From: an uncultured Pelagibacteraceae bacterium
Lineage (GTDB): Bacteria; Pseudomonadota; Alphaproteobacteria; Pelagibacterales; Pelagibacteraceae
Direction of reading: 5' to 3'
Assembly (NCBI GenBank): GCA_902576815.1
Contig: CACGWQ010000005.1
Location: 887-64,886 of the forward strand
DNA length: 64,000 nt
Shown here: positions 59,375-64,000 of the stretch, in pieces
Layout of the letters: every line of letters begins with the position of its first letter
Numbering within the stretch: position 1 is the first letter of the stretch
Program-made: the position numbers and the translations under genes
Notes under the pieces: model-generated
Database searches by the model: none
What the model was told of the DNA's origin: nothing
The model's input: only the letters and a program-made list of their open reading frames with translations

Positions 59375-59851
59375 TTAAGAAGTTGGAACAGTAACTGTTA
59401 GCATATTGGAATCGTCGCCATCCTTTTGATATGTGCAAGATGTAATTTTAATTCCACTAGACGCTTCAATCCAATTCTTTCCTCTATTAGTTGAACTACA
59501 CTCAGTTGGTGCTGCAGAATTAGTGATTGCTTGAGTTGTGGTATCCCATGGATTTTTAAAGTCGTCCGATTTTCCAAGAGACTCAGCAATAGCAGTTACG
59601 ATTTTCGCATCTGTTCTTCCAGAGCAAGTAAGCTTATCATCCATTGCTTTTGACTCACCTATGTTACATTTTTGAAGTTCGTTCTGTACCCATTTTTTTA
59701 CTGAGTTATGATTTGATTTTACTGCACCTTTTTTTGCAGACTCTGTGTAACCACTGTAGGCAACTACACCTACTGAAGCTAAAATTCCGATAATTGCTAC
59801 AACAACAAGTAGCTCAATAAGAGTAAATCCTTTGTTTTTTTTCTTATTCAT
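59375..59851 (-). CDS. pilA: Type IV pilin (probable major pilin)
   Basis: KKNKG|FTLIELLVVVAIIGILA, KNPW, Cys pairs; AAGGA RBS. Confidence 0.88.
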   Translation of the reverse strand: MNKKKNKGFTLIELLVVVAIIGILASVGVVAYSGYTESAKKGAVKSNHNSVKKWVQNELQKCNIGESKAMDDKLTCSGRTDAKIVTAIAESLGKSDDFKNPWDTTTQAITNSAAPTECSSTNRGKNWIEASSGIKITSCTYQKDGDDSNMLTVTVPTS

Positions 59852-59985
59852 TGAATATCCTTTATTGTTAATGCGGATAATATATATATATTAAATTTGA
59901 ATTCAATAGAGATATATTGCATTAAGTTAATTTAAAATAGTACAAAATATCTTGATTTTATCATAATTTTAATAAATATAATTGT

Positions 59986-60285
59986 ATGTCCTACAAGGTT
60001 ACAGAAGAAAATAACATATCTACAGTATATTTGGATGGTGAAATAGATATGGACAAAACTGAAGCTGCTAAAGAAGTCATAATGCCTTTAATTGAAGCAA
60101 AAAAGGAAGTGCATTTAAACTTAAAAGATGTGCAATACATGGATTCGTCAGGCATTTCCGTTTTAATTGAAAGCCATCAAAAAGCAGAGGAGTTAGGAAC
60201 TAAAGTAACCTTAAAAGAAGTAAGTAAATCGGTTCTAAAGGTTATTATGATGGCTAAACTTGAAATGGTTTTAAATCTTGATTGA
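59986..60285 (+). CDS. STAS-domain anti-sigma-factor antagonist (RsbV/SpoIIAA-like)
   Basis: LDGEIDM, LNLKDVQYMDSSG (phosphorylatable Ser). Confidence 0.9.
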   Translation: MSYKVTEENNISTVYLDGEIDMDKTEAAKEVIMPLIEAKKEVHLNLKDVQYMDSSGISVLIESHQKAEELGTKVTLKEVSKSVLKVIMMAKLEMVLNLD

Positions 60286-60697
60286 AATGAATATAAAAGA
60301 AGAGCAAGATTTCTTAGTAAATAGCAAAAGTTTGAAAGATGTAAGAGACTTTGCAAGAAACATAATTGACAAATCTCCAATTTTACAAAATCAAAAAGAT
60401 GAGCTTGTGCTTGCTATTGCGGAAGCTGCTCAAAATATTGTCAAACATGCTTATAAAGATATGGCAACTACAAACGATAGAATGCAAATTAAAATATCTT
60501 TTGAGGATAACGAATTAGAGATTGGGTTTTTTGATAAAGGAAAACCTGTAAACCCTGAGAATATAAAACATAGAAAGCTTGATGACGTTAAACCTGGAGG
60601 TTTAGGAACTTTTTTTATAAAACAAATAATGGATGAAGTTGTATTTAAAGAGTCTCCTGGTTGGAACAATCATTTAGTGTTAACTAAAAAATATTAA
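60278..60697 (+). CDS. RsbW/SpoIIAB-like Ser kinase / anti-sigma factor (GHKL fold)
   Basis: LAIAEAAQNIVKHAY (N box), FDKGKP (G1), GGLGTFFIKQIMDEV (G2); start may be ATG 60287. Confidence 0.9.
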   Translation: MIEMNIKEEQDFLVNSKSLKDVRDFARNIIDKSPILQNQKDELVLAIAEAAQNIVKHAYKDMATTNDRMQIKISFEDNELEIGFFDKGKPVNPENIKHRKLDDVKPGGLGTFFIKQIMDEVVFKESPGWNNHLVLTKKY

Positions 60698-61942
60698 TTA
60701 TTGACCCATTATAGATCCAACATTAAATATTGGAGAGTACATTGCAATCATCAATCCACCTATCATTGTTCCCATGAAGACGATCATAATAGGCTCAATT
60801 AGACTGGACATATTTTCAACAGATTGATCAAATTCTTCCTCATAATAAGATGAAACAGAAGTAAACATCTCATCTAGATTACCTGTTTGCTCGCCCACAG
60901 AAATTAATTGACTGAAAGTTGGAGGAAAAACAGGTTCTTTCAGAAATAATTTTGTTAAAGTATCTCCGGAAAAAACACCTTTTTTTACATTTTCTAAAGC
61001 TTGAGTAACAACATCATTATTGCTTACAGATTTCGCAATCTCTATACTTTCAAGCAAGTTGACTCCTGCTGCACTTAGATTACCCATTATGAGAGATATT
61101 CTTGCAATTAAAGATTTTAATATCATTTCTCCAAAAACCGGCATTTTTAGAACTCTTGCATGCCATTTGTATCTGATAGCAGGAATTTTTGTTGTTGTAT
61201 ATTTAAAGATAACAAAAACAATTATTGCTAATACTAATAATGTCATACCACCAGGGCCTCTTAAAAAATCACTTGCAGTCATTATTACTGCTGTTGGTTT
61301 TGGTAAGGCAACCCCCATACCATCGTACATCTTTGCAAATACTGGAACTACTTTAACTAGCATGAATATACTCACAACCATGGCTACCGAAAACATAACA
61401 CCTGGATACATGAGTGCACTTTTGATTTTTTTCTTAACCTTTTCCCTTTTCTCTAATGAATCTACCAGTTTTAATAAAAAATCATCTAATTTACCGCTAG
61501 CTTCTCCAGCTTTTATTAAGTTAATATAGACATTGTCAAATATTTTTGGATATTTTTCAAAACATTTTGACAAAGTGACACCACCTTCTAAGTTTTTTCT
61601 CACATCTTCAATTATTTCTTTCATGGTTGGATGCTCAATTTGATCTCTAAGCATTGTTAATACATTTAATATTGGTAATCCTGCTTTTACCATTGTTGCA
61701 AATTGTTTGGAAAATAAAACAACATCTTGTGGGGTTACTTTCTTTTTTCCAAAAGAAAAACCACCACCTTTCTTTTTTTCTTTAGCTACCTTTTTCTTTT
61801 TTGTTCTTACTAAATTGGTAATGATGATCTTTTGCTCTTTTAGTTTGAAAGAGGCCTCTTCTTGATTAAGAGCCTCTATGTCGCCTTCTACATATTTTCC
61901 TGCTGAAATACCTTTATAAGTAAATGTTTCTGAAGACATCAA
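60698..61942 (-). CDS. pilC: Type IV pilus platform protein PilC (GspF family)
   Basis: FSKQFATMVKAGLP, AGEASGKLD, KSALMYP, VGEQTGNLD, IEP. Confidence 0.92.
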   Translation of the reverse strand: MMSSETFTYKGISAGKYVEGDIEALNQEEASFKLKEQKIIITNLVRTKKKKVAKEKKKGGGFSFGKKKVTPQDVVLFSKQFATMVKAGLPILNVLTMLRDQIEHPTMKEIIEDVRKNLEGGVTLSKCFEKYPKIFDNVYINLIKAGEASGKLDDFLLKLVDSLEKREKVKKKIKSALMYPGVMFSVAMVVSIFMLVKVVPVFAKMYDGMGVALPKPTAVIMTASDFLRGPGGMTLLVLAIIVFVIFKYTTTKIPAIRYKWHARVLKMPVFGEMILKSLIARISLIMGNLSAAGVNLLESIEIAKSVSNNDVVTQALENVKKGVFSGDTLTKLFLKEPVFPPTFSQLISVGEQTGNLDEMFTSVSSYYEEEFDQSVENMSSLIEPIMIVFMGTMIGGLMIAMYSPIFNVGSIMGQ

Positions 61943-63697
61943 TTATTCCATCGTCAGAACTCTATCGAATTCTCTAAAATTTAAATCACCTGATAAAATT
62001 AATTCTCTACCCATGTCATGCATAGTTCTAAAACCTTCTTTAACAGCTATTGCTTTTAGTTCTGGTGTAGTTGCTTTAGCTAAGATTGCTTCTTTTATGG
62101 CTTTTGTCACATTTAAAACTTCATAAATACCCATACGTCCTTTATATCCACTACCTTTACATTTTGGACATCCTTTTCCTTTAACTGCATTTGCTCTTGA
62201 CGCTTGCTCAGGTGTAAATCCAAAATCCGCTAAAACTTTTGGTGTTACATCTGGATCGGGCTCTCGACATTCTGTGCAATTTTTTCTTGCTAATCGTTGT
62301 GCTAAGACTAAAGAACATGCAGCTGAAATAAGATAATCAGGAGTTCCCATATTTTGTAGTCTGGTAATTGAACTTGGCGCGTCGTTAGTGTGCAGTGTAC
62401 TAAAAACTAAGTGTCCTGTAAGAGCGGCTTTTAAACCAATATCAACAGTTTCTTTATCTCTCATTTCTCCAACCAAAATAATTTCTGGGTCTTGTCTTAA
62501 AAAAGATCTCAATGCTGCAGAGAAATTTAACCCAATATCATCTTTTATTTGAACTTGTCCTACACCATCTAATTCATATTCGACAGGGTCTTCAGCTGTT
62601 AAAATATTTAAATGGGGTTGTGAAACTTCTTTTAAAATACTATATAAAGTAGTTGTCTTTCCAGATCCAGTTGGTCCTGTTACTAAAACTAATCCTTGTG
62701 TAGAGTGTATTGCTTTTCTTAAAATTTTTAAATCAGTATCTTCAAAATTAAGCTGTTCTAAACTTATATCTCCAGCGTCTTTATTAAGAACCCTCATCAC
62801 AATTCTTTCATTTGTTGCTGTTGGTAATATTGATAATCTCAAATCAACTACTTTTCCGTCAATTTTAAAAGGAATTGCACCATCTTGTGGCAATCTTCTT
62901 TCCGCAATATCTAATTTTCCCATTATTTTAAATCTAGTAACAACAGCACCATAGTTGGAATGCAAAAATTTTTTAAAATGTTCTTGCTCTTGAAGCATTC
63001 CATCTAGACGGTATCTAACTCTAGAGGTGAATCTGTATGGCTCAATATGAATATCTGAAACTCCTGATTTAATAGCTTCCGCAACAACTGCAGTACTAAA
63101 TTTTATTACTTCTGACTCGTTTTCAAGAGCTTCTATATCCTCTTCGGGTGTCTCATCCAAAACTTCTGCAGTATCCTCTACATCATAATCAAAAGTTTTT
63201 GTCCTCTCTTTTTCAGCGTTTGCTTCTTGAATTGTCTTTATTGTTGTTTCACCAGCATCAAGAATTTTATCTATAAAACTAGATATATGAGTAACTTTGG
63301 CTGCATGTAATTCAATATTTTTTTTTGTAATAGTTTTTAAATTTCTCATCAGACTTAATTTGGAACTATCTGAAATAGCAATATGTAAAATGTTACCATC
63401 TATTTTAAATGGTGCTATAAAATTCATTCTTATATAATTGGATGGAAGAACAGATTTTATATCATCTGTTAAAGGTATATTTGTTAAATCAATTGTAGCT
63501 AATGATTGTTCTGTAACCAATAAATCTAAAATTTTATCTTCGTCTGTTAATTGAAGTTCAAATACTGCATCTAATTGCGATTTGTTTCCCTCTGTAGATA
63601 TTTTTTTTATATTTGGCAAATCTTTTCCAGATATAATATCTTGATCAATAAGAATATTAATTAAGTTTATTTCAGATTCTCTACTAATGTTAATCAT
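61943..63697 (-). CDS. pilB: Type IV pilus assembly ATPase PilB (GspE family)
   Basis: SDIHIEP, DIAERRLPQDG, GPTGSGKTTTLY, LRQDPEIILVGEMRD, STLHTND, two CxxC. Confidence 0.93.
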   Translation of the reverse strand: MINISRESEINLINILIDQDIISGKDLPNIKKISTEGNKSQLDAVFELQLTDEDKILDLLVTEQSLATIDLTNIPLTDDIKSVLPSNYIRMNFIAPFKIDGNILHIAISDSSKLSLMRNLKTITKKNIELHAAKVTHISSFIDKILDAGETTIKTIQEANAEKERTKTFDYDVEDTAEVLDETPEEDIEALENESEVIKFSTAVVAEAIKSGVSDIHIEPYRFTSRVRYRLDGMLQEQEHFKKFLHSNYGAVVTRFKIMGKLDIAERRLPQDGAIPFKIDGKVVDLRLSILPTATNERIVMRVLNKDAGDISLEQLNFEDTDLKILRKAIHSTQGLVLVTGPTGSGKTTTLYSILKEVSQPHLNILTAEDPVEYELDGVGQVQIKDDIGLNFSAALRSFLRQDPEIILVGEMRDKETVDIGLKAALTGHLVFSTLHTNDAPSSITRLQNMGTPDYLISAACSLVLAQRLARKNCTECREPDPDVTPKVLADFGFTPEQASRANAVKGKGCPKCKGSGYKGRMGIYEVLNVTKAIKEAILAKATTPELKAIAVKEGFRTMHDMGRELILSGDLNFREFDRVLTME

Positions 63698-64000
63698 TAT
63701 AAAATTCTTGGTGCAATAAATACTAAAAGTTCGTCTAGGTTATCAGACTTCTTTTTACTTTTAAAGAGATTACCAATCACTGGAACATTACCTACACCAG
63801 GGACCTGTTTTTTATTTTGCGCAATTTCGTTCTTTTTTATACCCCCGATTACAACAATATCTCCATCTGCAACAAGAAGTCTTGTTACAATTTCCATTTT
63901 ATTTATTGGGGGTTCATCAGACTCACTTGATGCATCTGGTGAGTCATTATTCACCTTGATAGATAAAAGCACGTTTCCATCACCAATAATACTTGGGGTA
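63697..64000 (-). CDS. pilQ: Secretin PilQ, C-terminal end (gene starts beyond window)
   Basis: Frame is open to the window edge (TPSIIGDGNVLL...); DGDIVVIGG, VPGVGNVPVIGNLF, ELLVFIAPRIL secretin motif. Confidence 0.88.
   Translation of the reverse strand, partial: TPSIIGDGNVLLSIKVNNDSPDASSESDEPPINKMEIVTRLLVADGDIVVIGGIKKNEIAQNKKQVPGVGNVPVIGNLFKSKKKSDNLDELLVFIAPRIL

Noticed and set aside
59879-59892. (TA)n run in the pilA-rsbV intergenic region as a phase-variation tract
   Set aside because: Only about 5 units in very AT-rich DNA, which is expected by chance; no supporting evidence
61020-61529. 169-aa antisense ORF in pilC, and the many 60-115 aa antisense or off-frame ORFs elsewhere
   Set aside because: They lie within well-supported genes, have no motifs, and are typical shadow ORFs
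1-64000. CRISPR arrays, tRNA/rRNA, IS elements, integrases or prophage genes
   Set aside because: No regularly spaced repeats, RNA-gene signatures, or transposase, integrase or phage motifs were found; intergenic gaps are short

Overview
AT-rich, densely packed, operonic alphaproteobacterial DNA. Gene content and order point to a Pelagibacterales (SAR11) chromosome. No rRNA, tRNA, CRISPR array, IS or prophage was found. From left to right: (1) a PotD/PotA-type ABC uptake operon led by EutA- and DoeA-like ectoine-family enzymes; (2) two convergent catabolic operons, each with a homocysteine S-methyltransferase; (3) a quaternary-amine island with a ProU-type ABC importer, gamma-butyrobetaine hydroxylase, carnitine dehydrogenase, BKACE, thioesterase, a PhnZ/TmpB-like HD protein and BetA; (4) a large secreted subtilisin; (5) two LIV-type ABC systems around csiD/proC/azlCD; (6) a passenger-less inverse-autotransporter barrel followed by two tandem, mosaic-duplicated secreted proteins; (7) msrB, HDAC, an orphan aceE-like E1 and dadA; (8) a type IV pilus locus interleaved with an Amt-HAMP-PP2C fusion and an RsbV/RsbW pair. 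The best candidates for undescribed systems are an ammonium-sensing partner-switching cascade built into the pilus locus and a split inverse-autotransporter surface system with recombining variable subunits. All family calls come from motif recognition by eye; no searches were run.
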